From NCBI GenBank assembly GCA_965655095.1, contig OZ296651.1, positions 99,014,001 through 99,078,000 on the forward strand: a stretch of 64,000 nt of DNA, written 5' to 3'. This DNA comes from Haplodiscus bocki. Taxonomy: Eukaryota. Positions within the stretch are counted from its first letter, which is position 1, and each line of letters begins with the position of its first letter. Position numbers and translations under genes: made by a program. The notes beneath the pieces were generated by a model. The model saw only the letters and a program-made list of their open reading frames with translations. It ran no database searches and was not told the origin of the DNA. Shown here in pieces: positions 10,557-24,900 of this stretch.

Positions 10557-11249
10557 TACTTAATTGTATTAAAAGGTTTCTACCTAGTAATATTTCGATT
10601 TTTTTTAACAAAAGTTACTTCTCCAAGATGTTTTTTAAATAGCATAAATTTTTTTCCTTCATCATCAGCTGAATCAGGTTGTAGTTAATTAACCTCTGTA
10701 GAGACGATTCAATTAAACTATGTAATATAGTTCTATATGCTGTTTTCTATTTTCACCCACTAGTCAAAACTGTTCTTCAAAAGTACTTCCTTTCTACATG
10801 TTTTTGTCAGAGCTTTTGGTTTTGTTTTTTTTTGAATAGCTTTTTTTGCTAAATTCAAAAAACTAACTTTTTGCTCCTGATGCACAGAATTTATCTACCC
10901 AACAAGTCATATGTCTTCCAAGGTTGAATTTACTAAAATATAGAAAGCTTATTTGGCTCACTTTTTTATTCATGCTTCGACATTACTAAAGGCAACTGAG
11001 TCTTGTGTTTTCAAAAAGATTCCTAAAAATGTATTTGTATCATCTAGTTCACTTCTACGTACACCCGAGTCACATTCTAAGAAATTGATTTGTAATTTTC
11101 CTTGCCCGAAACGAAAAATCATTTGGCTGTATTATGCATCATACATGTTTCGTTTTGGTATCTGTAAACTGAAAAACCTCAAAAAATTGGGTTTTTCAAC
11201 ATTTTAATTTGTTGTTCGAAAGAAAAGCAGTAAAAATTACCCCAGGGAG

Positions 11250-12540
11250 CCAATGAATATTTGAATATTGTCTCCTCTCTAACGTTGATTGTTCTTCTCT
11301 ATCGTCTGCGGATTGAAAAAACATGTCGATTCTATTACGAAACTATTGTATTAATATTCCATGAGGTTCAACGGTTAACATTTTTTTGAAAAGCTTTCAA
11401 GACTCTTGCATTTCTTGCTCATCCATTTTTTGTTCCTCTATCTGTCTTTTCTTTGAGCCGGGGTTTCTGCATAAAACTAAACATTTCGTTCAATTTCCCT
11501 ACCGTCAACCGTTCCGTAAAACAAAAGTTTGAATTACTAAAAATTCTAGGTTTTTTCGCCAGTTCACTACCATTTCATTTTTTTTACATGGCCTGTGTTT
11601 TTTTTGGCTTCGCTCTGATCATGTATGCCGAGTATTCATCAAGTGGTTTGTTTTAAAAGAACTCGGCGATTGGTAATAAAGAGGATTTCGAGAAGGCATC
11701 TTTTATATCTTGTAATTTTATCACTGATGCATAAACAGTTCCTTTATCATTTGTATTCTTAAAGGATTCATGTCAACAAATAGTTTCACCAAGTTTATTC
11801 CGTTATTGCAGCAAATTTTTTGGAAAATTTTCCCAAAAAGATTACTTGCAAGTATGCATCATATTTTAACTTTGCCATCAGGAATTACGTATTTAATTCG
11901 CATAGCATATGATGTTCCTTCTCTACTTCTAACTTCTTTTGGTAAAAACACTTCCTAATTTTGTTCATTTTCGAAAAAAGATTTTGCATTTTTTATTTCA
12001 GCATCCCATGTATTATCAGAAAAATCGTAAAGTACTTTTCCCATCATCTTTTCATCAAAATTGGATACAGTTTCCATTTATACCAGCTAATGAGGTAACA
12101 TCATTTTTATCATTATTCTTAGATAAAGCTTTCCTTCGTTTGAAAAGTTCAGTTATTGATTTATCTCCTATGCTCAATTCGGATGTTTTTGAACCGGGAG
12201 ATTGTTCCCCATTTTTTGGAGAAGTCTTCTCCATTTATTTTACATCTGGAAAAGTTTGGTACAAACCTCTGCTTCAACAAATTTTTCATAAGGGTACGCT
12301 AACTTATCAGTAGAAACTTTTTGTAATCCAGCATTAACCTTAATGGAACACACGTAACTTTGAAATCCAACAGAATAAAAAACTCTAAGAGTCCGTTTTC
12401 AAGAGACATAAAATTTTCGTTTAGTGATGGAGTAATTTTTAGATCCGTCAAACTAGGTTTTTTACCTATTAGACTTCTAGGGCATAAGTCTGAAACATAA
12501 TTACTAAAAATACCGTTGGGAGATTGGATAATTTTTCTCA
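11250..12540 (-). pseudogene. Possible D5-like (SF3) primase-helicase remnant
   Basis: LNENFMSLENGLLEF (D5_N-like) in ORF 12299..12541; downstream GSEL...FSNS...ERLTVGKLN and RID fragments; Walker A not clearly retained. Confidence 0.4.
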
Positions 12541-14506
12541 AACGCTGATATTTTTTATGTTACAAGCTAGTTGACAATGATTTCTGATTTTGTTAGGTGA
12601 ATTGAAATTGTCATCAAAATTTTTTGCCACAAAACCATAAATTATGGTCTTCCTCAAAATTTTCTTATCAAGTTTAGAAACAATATCCACTTCGCATCAG
12701 CGAGTTGACAAACTATCAACGTTTCTTTTCTGTATATCGCATATGGCCATGCATATGCATCTTATCTAAAATAGGATTCTTAGGCAGGTTGAATTACATG
12801 AAGTAGAACCGCTTTTATATGAAATCTAAGAGAGTTAGGGACCTGGTTATACATGGTTTCAGTAATTTACTGTTTGTTGTTGTCTCACGTACTTTCAGAG
12901 ACTCCGTGTGACAGTAAAAACCGATAGTTAAACAGATTCTTTGTTTTAAATTTTTCGAAAAGGGTCTCTTCAGGACTGATCGTAATAAATGGGTCGTTTT
13001 CGAAACAAAGCTTCATATGAGTAAGTGCAACTGGCTCTGAAGGAAATCAAATTGAACATTCTCTACGTTTATGTGATGTGTTACTAGTTCCGTAAAAAAC
13101 ATCTCTTTTTCTAACGAAACCATAATGCCTTTTTTTGTAACATCAAATTTTTTTTCTTTCTGGATTTGCTTTGTGTGTTCTTAAAAGTCAGGAAAAATTT
13201 TTTCAGCCTCTTCACACTCGAGGGCAATCAGAGATTTTAATCCAATTCTTCTCATTTCACAGTGACATCATTTTCCGATCTTTTTTATAGCTTCTTCTGC
13301 TTTTTAATGATTGTTTCAAGGTCGTTTCTGTTGAGAAAATTTGATAAAAAATTCTGTGTATGGTTGTAAATATGCTTATTCACACCATGTGGAATATTAG
13401 TTATTATCCATTTCAACATTTATAAAAGATCTAATCTTCATTGGTAACTTTTTGTATTCTGGAGTTTCCGTAGTTTTTCTTCGCTGTAGATGTGTTTCTC
13501 CGATGTAGATTTAGCATTTCTTTTATCCAATTTCTTAGGATCCATAATAACAATGTTCAGTTGTATTTCTGATTGAATTATAGGACTTTTATACTTTTCA
13601 ATATCTTATGTTCCGCTTTTGGGATTGTTTTCAAGGCATCTAAGTTTGTACTACCCCTTCAAACAAAACAGTAAGTTTTAAAAGTAGTTTGACGGTAGTT
13701 TGTTTGTTTGTTGCGTATCGTTTGAACATACGGACTTCAGACTTTGGAACTTTTTGTCTCTTTCAAGTAACGTATCTTCTTTTTTCGTCCAATATAGAAC
13801 TTTTTGCATAAGTGAACTTTGTTCCATCAGATACTAACTTAGTGTGAAATTTTAATCATTGTTGTAAAGTAAAGGCCATATTACACTGGTTTTTCATGAT
13901 TTTTTTGAGCTTCAGATTCTTCATGTATTGGAGCAGAATATATTTTTTTGCCTCATAGTTATCACAAGTTGACAAATCTTAACAACAAATAAGAGAGTTT
14001 TTTTACTTTTCAAAAACATTTCCTTTGTGTTCATTTGTTCCTTTAACCTATTTTTTACATACTTCACAAAACATTTTTATTCTAAATTCTAGGTTCCAAT
14101 TTCTATGCAATTGTCTGTCACGTCTGGCCAATAATTTCTCACGAACAATTCTATTACACTTATTACGTCTTTTTGTTTTTTTTGGCATAACAATCTAGCG
14201 TTTAAAATTGTTCCTCTTTTTTGTTAAATAGAGGTTAAATAGAGTTTCTAATTATTGTAAACTCTGGTTTTGCTCAAATATAAATTGATTGTGGGACTGA
14301 TTTACGGCTTTTCAAGAACTTCGTTTTCACTGCCGTATGTGGTAACGATCACAGCTAGTTTCATTATCAGAATGGTCTTCTAACAATTTGAAAAAAAAAC
14401 GAAAAAAAAGTCATTTTTTTGTCATAATTCCCGTTTGACCTTGCGCTAGTTTGAAGAGTCCTTCCAAAAAACTCTCTTTTCAAAAAAGAACATTTGAGGT
14501 TATTAC

Positions 14507-15340
14507 CTATAAAGTTGTTTTTTTTAGTATTTTTGTTTTGTTTGAAAGTAAAAATTTTGAGTTGCAACAGTGCTTCATAACAATTCTCGGAGAAAAACTT
14601 CTACGCAATCGAGTGGTGGAAATCATCCATAGTTTCTTCACAAGTTTATAACTCATGACTCGAATATTTGTTTTATCTTTTTTGGCAATTTTAGATCCAA
14701 TATCAGCTCTCTCAACCAATTCTCGTTTACTTTAGATTCGTTTTGACTTTTTTATGTTTATGTTTTCTTTTGTAGTAAACTTTATTCTCATTAGATTTTA
14801 AAGACGTATAGTTGGTGTTATCTTTTTTGTGCTATATACATATGTACTGTGTTGTTAAACTTTTTTATGATTGAAGTTAATTCGTCAATCCACAAAACAA
14901 AGTCGTTTTCAGAACAGGCTCCGTCGGTAGGATGCAGCTAGTTATTTTGATATTTTGAGTTTTTCAGCAAATACGTCACCCTTCCAACCAAATCTATTAC
15001 ATCTCATAATTCTGTTTTTTAAATTTTTTATAAAAATTTTTGTCAAATAATTTTGTATTCATCTCTGTCGATTAAAATAGGTTTTTCAAATTGTTTTTGA
15101 TTGAAAAAATTAATTTGTTATAGTTTTCGACAATTTAGTTCTTTCATGGGATTCTGGTGCCTTTTTGCCAGTAAATTTGTCTAATACAACCGAAGTTATG
15201 AATAAAATTCAATTTTTTTTCCATAACATTCATGTTCAACTACTTTGAACTCTAAAAGCTATCAATATGTGTTGCTACCGTTCTGTTTGTAATGTAATTC
15301 TTTTTCGAGGGCGCACAACGAACATTTTTGCGTCAGCGAA
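14507..15340 (-). pseudogene. Heavily decayed rve integrase of the element-A family
   Basis: Minus-strand fragments KKNYITNRTVATHID, VVLDKF, KGDVFAEK, WIDELTSIIKKFNNTVH and LVERADI are collinear with the integrase at 3840-4693. Confidence 0.8.
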
Positions 15341-15819
15341 AAGTGTATACTGATATTTGCTTTATCTTTTGCAATATAAAAATAAAGGAAACGGTGATAA
15401 TCGCGAGTGTCGTTTTCATAATTATGCGGCAACACTAAAAAAATTTGATACCAAGAAGTCCTACATTAGTTTTTTGAAACAATTGGGAGAACTTATTCAA
15501 CTTTTCTTTTAATGTTTTATATAGCCTAACATTTATGGGATTATTCAACTTTAATACGATGATTTTACAAAGCGTTAATCGCAACAATTGAAACAGCTTG
15601 GATTTCAAAAGTTCGCTCAGCTTTGAGTTTAACAACTGGTACCTTTAACTTTAGTGTTTATCATTTTGCGCCGTATCATTTATATTATGGAAAGCAAATC
15701 TGTCTCTCAAATAAAAAGTTATTTCACCAGGTGTTTACCAATTGTGTTCACGTTTAAAATGATTTTGGTCAAATTTGTTCGAATTTCTGACCCTGAAATT
15801 TTGCTTCAACCAACTTGTA

Positions 15820-16165
15820 GTTAATAGACGTAGAATGCGACTGCAATAGTAAGATTTCTCATAACGCTCAATTTTTTTGGAAAAACAGATGGGCCTTTCC
15901 AAAAGAATTTAGTCAAAAAGGCTAAAACTGGCAAATTTTTTGTAGAATTTGTCTCAAATGGTATTAATTCTGAAAAATGTCTCTCCACTGCGTTTGTGTG
16001 TTTTTTGGCTTACAATCAGGAAATTTTCAAAGTTGGAAAAGTTAAAAACTCTGTTGAAGGAACAGATTTTTGTGAACAAAAACGCTTTCTTTTTCTTAAA
16101 AAAGCTTCTTTACCAAAATGGGAAGGCACAAGTCATGCCGGTAGTAGCCGGTCGTCTTTTTTCAA
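15820..16165 (+). repeat. Interspersed repeat ending in a GCCGG-hairpin/CTT motif (Helitron/Helentron-like non-autonomous element); left boundary approximate
   Basis: atgccggtagtagccggtcgtctttt end is shared with 60198-60225, 61398-61425 and, inverted, 19855-19885. Confidence 0.5.
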
Positions 16166-19100
16166 CTTACTTGTTTGGAATTCTCATGTTCCCTTTTTCG
16201 AATTTTTTAAAATTCAATATCTCATAGTTTTATACTTTCTTAACGTTTTAATTTAGACTATTGTTTCAAAATTTATACGTCGTTATTTTTAAAAACTTTT
16301 GCTGTTCGAATTTCGATTTGTTTTTGCGAAGAAGTTGTTTGGGGATAGTTGCCTTGAAAAAATTAAAACGACACTCTTGTTTAAGGAATAGGTTTTTGTG
16401 CGTGTGGTGTAAAACCAAAACCAAATACTTTGATAAAATTATATTACTTTTGTTTTGGGGAGCTAGATTGGAAAAGAAAACAAAAATCTAATGTCATTTT
16501 TGTTGTTTGGTTTGTTGGATTGACACTAAAAATAAAACTGAAAGAAAACTTTGTTTAATTATAATAATTGTGAAGCCGTTGTAAAGTTTTGAGGATGGTT
16601 TAAATTTTGGGTTTGTTGGTTTGTTATTATTATCATTTATATTTTTCGAAGACTTGTAGTATTTTGACTAATGACATTTACTACATTAGAAAATTGAGCG
16701 TGTGATTTTTTTTCAGGTTAATAGAAATTCGAACCGGAACGAAGTTTTGTATTATAGTTTCAAAAATGTTTTGAAGGAACTGGCTGTTAAACAAAATAAA
16801 ACTGCAGTGAATAATTAGAAAACGGTTACTTAAAACCGTTAATAAAACAAATTGTGATGAATGTAAAAATCCGGAATGTGTTGATTGTAAAAGAAATAAA
16901 TTTATAGAAGAACAATTCAGATAGCTTTCTTTCATCAGATGACGACCCCGGAACAGAAAAATGTGCTGTTGTAAAGTTTTTGCCGAAATTATAGAAGAAC
17001 ATTTTTCAAAGTAGAATGAGGAGATTGTTCATAGACTCTCTTTTCTGTAAAACCTTTAAAGATTATGTTCAGAGAAGAGAGCAATGACATAATGTACTTT
17101 TGGAAATAATTTTTTAAATAGAGTCACCAGAAATGGGAAGTGATTGTTTTTAATAAAGAAACAGAAGATGAATTCAATTCAAAAATTGTGTTATGTGCAA
17201 TTATGTATGCAAAAAACATTACTGAGAAACAGTCTAACTTTTTATTGTAGTCAATAATTGAGCGTCAAAACAATGTTACTTTGTTACTTGGAAAGTATGT
17301 TGGACTTTATGATAATTCCACAGAAGATAAGAATACATATTTTTAAATAGCCATAGTTTGATTTTTTTAATAACTAAATATACTAGTTAAACAATTACTT
17401 CTTTGTCTTCTGATCAATTAAATAAAACTGGTTACTCAGATACTGATTCAATACATCGCCAAAAAGATTTAAATTTCTTGTCATGATTTATGGTAAAAAA
17501 GGAGAACTCGTTCACTAACCCGAAAACGCATTGCCAATAGATTTAGGTTGTTTTCGTTCAACAATAAAAAGTCATACAGCTGATAAATATTTTTCTAGCT
17601 GTTAAAGTAGAACTAAAAATAGAAAATAATAGGAGTTCCCATAACCCTCCTGTGGACCCAATTTCTGCTAAAGAAGGTGCAATTATTACAAATCAATCAT
17701 CTTACACAAATATGAAAATAATATGCAATGGAAATAACAGTGCAAATACCCTTCCATCCGCGATCTCAATTTCGTCAAAGTTGCCTTCCTCAATCTTCAT
17801 TAGTGTCGTTTTTCTGTTTACGCAGCAACACCCCCAAAACAACTTGGTCAGGAAAAATATATACATTTTTTCCATAAATTTTTCCTGAATTCTCACAACT
17901 TTAACTCCATATAAATGTACAGCTTTATATGGTTTAATTTAATTTTATGGTTTTATACAATCATAATTTTTAGAAATTTATACAAGCTGGCTGGAAAAAA
18001 CTTATACGTTCCTTTTTTTGAAAATTTAAAAAACTTTAAGTTTTGAGCTTTTTTAAGCTTCTGCTGCTTTATTTTTCAAAAATGTATACATCCTCAATAT
18101 TAGATATTTACACTGCCTTAATTGTTAAAAATCTAACTGTCCTTACCTTCAAACTTTTACACTACTTTATTTTTCATTTTATCTTCTGGTATCAAGTAGT
18201 TTTAGGGTTGTTACCACAAAAATATGAAAACGCCATGACTGCTTTTCTTCAACTTCCTTCGAATTATTGGTTTTCGCTTGCGTTCAGAAATGTTTTTATG
18301 AGCATATATTAGAATCTATTCAACTTTAAACTCATTTTTCAACAATTTTTTATTGACCGAACGTTATAAATTCAACGAATGCTTGAACTTAAACACACCA
18401 GGGGATGTCAGTTCAATTGTATATTTGCAGCAATGAAAGAAACCTTACAGACAGCCTCGTTTTTATGATTGAGAACAAGGTGGGAAAGTACGCCAACCAA
18501 TCACATTTGATCGATGAATCATCAAAGCAACCGGGGTGACAATATAAGTTATCTCCAACCGAAACCGACCACGTGATTTTACTACTATGTAAAGAAATAT
18601 GCACATCGAAACACAATTTGCAGCAGTGTATTTTGCGCGAAAAATTGTTTTTGAGCTTCATATCGATTTTGCATATGTAATATCTATTTTTGTCAACATT
18701 TCTTGGATTAACATGTAAATCAACAAAGTCTGTACTTACTTTTATTTCAAGTTTTGTCCAATTTAAAGAACAACACAGGACAGAAGCCTGGCTATAGTGC
18801 GTTTTTGGGTATGTTTCGCTTTTTGGGGCCTTTCAGTAGAACGAGTAATTTGAAACGAACAAAATAGTCATGTTTTTAAATTTTTTTCCCGCATTTCGAG
18901 TCAATGCGTTGAAGTCTTTTCTTAGCGATTTAGAATCAAGTCTCCGCTTTCGCAAAGCACTGGGTGGTCTTCAAGTTGATCATCCAATCGAAATCTGAAG
19001 TGACCTTCCGGTGAAGTGTAATTTGAATCATCAATTGACCTGGACTCTTTGTTTGCGAAGAGCTACAAATTTTCATTTTTTCCCATAACTTTTCCGGTGT

Positions 19101-19210
19101 ATTAATCACCAAGGACTTTTTCAGATGTTGGCTTCACCTTAAGATAGAAAAATGCAAAATAATGATAAAAACCAGAACGATTTAAAACACCTACTACGGG
19201 AAAAAGCTTC

Positions 19211-19416
19211 NNNNNNNNNNNNNNNNNNNNNNNNNNNNNNNNNNNNNNNNNNNNNNNNNNNNNNNNNNNNNNNNNNNNNNNNNNNNNNNNNNNNNNNNNN
19301 NNNNNNNNNNNNNNNNNNNNNNNNNNNNNNNNNNNNNNNNNNNNNNNNNNNNNNNNNNNNNNNNNNNNNNNNNNNNNNNNNNNNNNNNNNNNNNNNNNNN
19401 NNNNNNNNNNNNNNNN
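19211..19416. other. Assembly gap
   Basis: Run of N. Confidence 1.
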
Positions 19417-21317
19417 CATGCCCGGACGATTCTCCACTGCTACATCGTAAACGGTTCCATCCCAAGAAGCAGACTGTGGAACCATTGGACATCGCAGGTA
19501 CACCTTCTTGATTAATTACCTGTCACGTCAGGCAGAGCAAGTAGCTCGCAGATGGAACCTTTGTAACATGTAACAGCAGGCAAAATTACTTAGCTTATGG
19601 GGAAATTTACCTTCCGCATTTTTATGGTGTTCAAATTTCCGTTTCGGGCTCGGGAATAGCAATAATCCGTCACTGATTACTAAGGATTCAAGACCTTGGG
19701 CAGGTTTTCTAAACTCCAATTTAGACATTTTCCAACAAAAACGGTTTTTTTCAGCCAACTGGTGGATCTGGAATCTAGCGATACCTAGACTGGTGGAAAA
19801 CAATTCATTAGGTTACATTCTTTTGAATTCATAATCCATTTCGATCTATAATAAAAAAGGCAGCCGGCTACTTCTGGTACATTTTTCGTCTTCATGTCTT
19901 CAACTAATTAATTTTATTTCTTGTTTACCCATATTGCTTAAGCGAAATCAGAAGAATATGCGTCTCGGTGGTGCAGTTGGTACGCCGCTTTTCTCAGAAT
20001 GCAGATATTTGTTGGAAACCCCGTCTACTCACAATAAGTTTTACAAATTACTAGTCAAATTTTCCTGTCCATTTTACCTAGTAAATTGGCAAAACTTTGT
20101 CTGAAAAAAAGACGACCTTGCCGCTTGAATGATTTTTCTTCCATATTCAAAATATGGAGCGAATAGAAATAAAAAATCCTTGTTTGATTGTTTTGAACTT
20201 TATTTTTCTGTTTTCGCATAGAGTATCCTGTCGGTGTTATCTCGCGTCCTTTGCACAAATTATAATCAGTTGGAAGTTCATTTTCGGCCATCCATTTTGA
20301 ATGCCACATTGAATTTTAGTCAAAATTTCGAATCATCAAAGCTTCCCATTGCACAGCTCTAAATCACGCTTCGGTATTTTGCGAGCATAACACTAAATTG
20401 CTCCAATTTTAAGTTCAAATCAGTACCAGTTAAAATACGATGTTAGTTACATAAGCTCTTTGACAGCTAAATTTCATTTTTTTTGGCATCTCGCAAATGT
20501 TCCCAAAACTACACGCGATTTCCGTCTTTTAATTTTGTCAAAATACGTTGCAGACAGAAAAATGCTCCCAAATGATCAGGATACCCATTTGCGTTTTCCA
20601 GACGTTCTACCGAGAAAAGAAACTTCAGATAGTTTTGTAATGCGGCCTGGGCAGAAAGCGGAAAAAGTTTCTCAAGGAAAAGCCGCAAACAATTTCCTTG
20701 AAACATTCCTCTTTCTTGATACCGAACTTGGATGCAAAACTTAACCAGAACTTTATATAACACCAAAGGTCCTCTTCGAATGTTTTGAGAGTTAGGGGCT
20801 GTGACGTTTTTAGTCGTTGTCGGCTTGTTGCTTTCAGATTAATTTTGTTGTAAATCCAGTGTAAATATGCACTGGAATATTTACAGCCCCAATGGCACAA
20901 ACATAATACTGCCATGTTCATTATGGAACTCATTGAAAAATTGATAACTTTTTTGAAAAATTACTTGTCTTGGGGTTATTTCCTACTTAGGTAATTTACC
21001 GAACTGCCAAATTACTTCGAGTCAAATTTTAAGTTTACTTCAAGTTTGTTTTTGATCAAAATCTGGTTTTTGGGTTCGAACTTGTCTTCTCTCCGAATTT
21101 GGTTTTTTGTTGGAAATTGTCTTGGGCGCTAATTATTGTAGAGCTTGAAACATGATGTTCAAGCAATGACAGAGCATTTCATCATTTCAAACATAGTTGT
21201 CAATCTGTGCTTTGTGAAATCCATGATCATATTCCAGGAGGTGAGATTTGTTATTGCGAGACCAAGTCAATCGATGCCTGGATCTGCGAGATCTCGCTGG
21301 ATTCACTAATGCTAATG

Positions 21318-21860
21318 AGTAGTAGAGAGGTGAGCAGAGGTGGTGGGGGTTGAAGACCCTATGTTTTAAGACAAGCTATAGGGTGCCGAATGGAGCCGAG
21401 AGCCGGGAAGGGTCTTCAACCGTAGCCGAGAGTTCTCGGGTGTTTGAGGGTATCGTAATACTCGATTCTGATTGGCTGGTGAAGTAAAAGTGTTTTTCGT
21501 GCTCAACTTTGATTGGTTGCCGACAACTTTTTGATTTTGGGCAAAACCCGTGTGTGTTCGGCAATGCAACAAGATAGGGAATAATAATCGGCAATGTATT
21601 AGTAGAGGCTATAGCATTTTGCATTGTATAAAGATAGGGAATGGGCTTAATGACTCACTTTTGGCACTGTGAGACTTCTTCCAAAAACTTAAATTTTTTC
21701 CAGGGTCCCGCTTGGTATGATTATTACATCACCGGTTAATTCTTACTCCTGCGGTTAATTATTACGCCAGCGGATAATTTGTAAAGTCTGCGGTTAATTT
21801 TTACGAATGCGAATATTTATTACGCTTGCGGATACTGTCGTGACTTATTGATATATAAAA
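21318..21860 (+). repeat. Left TIR of element B
   Basis: AGTAGT start; internal 13-bp inverted repeat ggttgaagaccct/agggtcttcaacc; two ATTGG boxes; ~19-bp gcggttaattattacgc subrepeats at 21733-21836. Confidence 0.85.
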
Positions 21861-21949
21861 AGATTTTATAAAGACTTCAGAAAGTAAATGAAACTGTAAA
21901 AAAAGGTAAAAAAAGCAAAATTATTGTAATTTTAGCAGATAATTTTTTT

Positions 21950-24900
21950 TGAATTCACGTTGAGCGTGAATTTCATCCTTATCTACATTTATTTTCGGAT
22001 AAAAGTAGGAGAGTCTTTATATAACTTGTTCATATGTAGCAACAAAGTGATTGTCTGAGAAAAAACCTCCGTTTGTTGACGTAAAATTCATTTTTTCGTC
22101 CAGGACGTGGTGGTGCTTGTCAAAGGGTCCATCGCTGCTCTATTTTTGTACACGCTTTTTTAGACATTTGCTACTGAATTTAAAGTTGATCGAGGTAAAA
22201 TCATAACAGCAGCACGTCTTGCTGCATGAATATAACATCTGTGCACATCTGATTTCTCCTTTAAAAGAACCAAGATCTCCTTCTCCATGTTTTTTTTGTG
22301 TTTGACACATCACTTTCGTGAAAAAATTCCGGCTGGGTCAGCAGTGAAACTATCATTGCAGTCCTTTAATTGCACTCGTTCGCATTCTGCTTGCATTCTA
22401 GTTCTGATACAATCTTCCTTCTCGTTAAAAGCAAGATACAGGGAAAAGCTGTCACTATCCAACTCCTTGAACTTGTTTATTTCACGAAAATTTAGTGAAA
22501 ATGTTGTAACAGAGACTTAATTTTCGGTTTTTGGCGAACTGAAGCGTGAAATACCCCTCAATGATTGGTTCTTTGTGTTCAACCAGTGCTTGGCGAGTTC
22601 AATTCCATATAATGCATTGTTCACGTGAACTACCTTTTAAACAGTTTGATAGGAATAGTGGCGTCTGTCTTTTTGTCATTTACGTACTTGGTCACAGTGT
22701 GTCGGCTGCGGTCCATGATCTGGCAGCCAAAAGAGTTTTTGACCACTAGCTTGATTGTTGCTGCAGCGACACTTGAAATAAAATTCTCGTCATTTTGTCA
22801 ATCTGCGCCCCCTGCTGACTGTATAAAGCTTTTGAAAGATTTTTTTGACTGTACTCAACGAAATTGCGTATTTCTGTACAAACAAGTCCCAACTGTAGAT
22901 AGAAAAAAATGAAGGAGTTTTCAGTGTTACGTTTTGTAAACTGATGTTTGATAATATTTTTTTCCAAGGTTGAGACTTTATTCTTTCTTCTTCGGCGTAG
23001 TTCTTGATCAGTTTCAGCAAACGCTTCTTGCATCGCCTATAATGTTGGGATTACGTCTTTGTTGTTATTCCAGCACAAAACGTCTTGGTTAGATATCACT
23101 TTTTCCCGTTTACAATTTTCTTCCAGGTTATGATAATTTTCAATCCCCGTAGGTGGTGGCTTTGATAATTTCATTTTGCTAACAGCATGTTTTGTGGTCA
23201 TTCCACTCCTCTTTATGTTAACATAGTCATTGTACTGTGCTTCTTGAGGGTCACAGCTACAAAGGTTTGTGTAGGTGTCATACCGGAGAAAATCTGTCTC
23301 ATGCAGTATTTGGGGTGATCGAAGCATTCGTATGGGAATAAACTTTTAATGTCTGAAATTTTGTATGCTTTTAAGAATGAATCACGATTTGTTCTTCCAC
23401 TAAAAATTTCATTTTATACAAGAGCTGAACATCACCGAAGTTGAAAAAGATTAGTGCTGAAGGTCTTGATAACAGTAGGTTCAATGTTTTTCTTTTCGTC
23501 AACAATTTGTGGTTAGCAAACAGGACACAGGACCTTATTAAATTGACTTCGTATTTTGCACTCTTGAACGCAGACAGAGCTAAAACATTGAAATGACGAT
23601 CCGAGTGCTCCTGTAGATTAATTACTTGTTTCTTCTTTATCTGTAGGAAATAGATAGAGGTTAATTTCTGTTCTCACATTCATCTTGACTGGCCGGCTGG
23701 CGTCGATTGTGACGCAGGTTGAGTTTCTCTAACATGCTGTCAGGGTTAATCTTTATTGTTGTCTCGCAAACGCAAAACAAAGTCTTCTGTATTGCTTTCT
23801 TTATTCGAGAGTCTCAAAAACAGATAAAACGGGGTGATGAGTTTTAGAGTGGCAAAAGAATGTTTGTTCTTTCGCAGCATTTAACGGAATGGCAAGCTGT
23901 TTGGGAATATGCTTTCCGATCCATCCTGCTATATCGGTGCCTATGAAGATTCTTCCCTGCACACGAAAGGATTAAAAGTCCGAACGTCAGCTAATTTTTC
24001 AAAAACGTCCAGTCATTGGTGTATTGAATTTCATAGGGGTCCAGCTTGTCAGATAGAGTTTCATGGGTTTGATATACGTTCTTGGAGAAACATTTGTAAC
24101 TCGTTCACTGGAGACGGCTAAATTTGGCCACAATTTGAATGTTCTGTTAATCAAAGTGTTTCAATTAGGACACTGAAAAGATTGAAAGACTGCTTAGAAA
24201 CTATAAGTGGTTGTTGTATTTCTTGTGTTTCTGTAGTTGCTCAGTATTTTTGTATTTTTGCAAACTTCGTGTAGCAAGTTCTCTGACGGTTTTCCCATCC
24301 ACAATATGTATGTCATACAGCAGAATGTGTAGAGTTAGCAGATCCTCAACAGTAGGAATGTAGTTAACGTGGACACCTTGGAATTGATTGGGACTAAGTC
24401 CGTCCACTTTATTAATGAAAAAATTTTAAAATGTTAAAGTTTTTCCTTCCAGTCGTTGATTTCCATGCAAATGGAGAGCAGGTACACAAAGAAACCACAG
24501 ATTGTCGTTATATGGCTGTCTTGTATCCCCCTCAAACGTGAGACAGCTTATTGTGCAGTTTCTCAACGGAAGTTTGGGATAAACACTGTCCTTGCAACCC
24601 CTCGGTACGTCCTTGAGCAAAACAGCAAAAATTGTTAAGTTTGTCAATTTGTAGAATCTCCGCTTTGTGTTCATCCTTTCTCTACTACAAACCTCGATGA
24701 CGTCAGTTTCGCTGACAAAATGATTTAGCTTTGCCTTAGCGTCCTTGGTGCACACAAGCTTGTATTGATCCAACAAAGTATTGTTTTTGTGTGCTTTTTT
24801 AGACTCCTATTTCTCTCAAAGTGAACCCAAAAGCGAGATTCACTCCTGCACATTTTAAAATGTTGCAGGAGCGATCCATTTTTCCGTCAACTACTGTTGC

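Noticed and set aside
19102-19511. ORFs spanning N runs (also 45219-45713)
   Set aside because: Artefacts of assembly gaps
16260-21300. Short ORFs and possible host exons
   Set aside because: No recognisable motifs or consistent splice structure; may be decayed element or host DNA
21312-21317. Target-site duplication (ctaatg) for element B
   Set aside because: The outer right TIR is missing, so no partner copy can be verified
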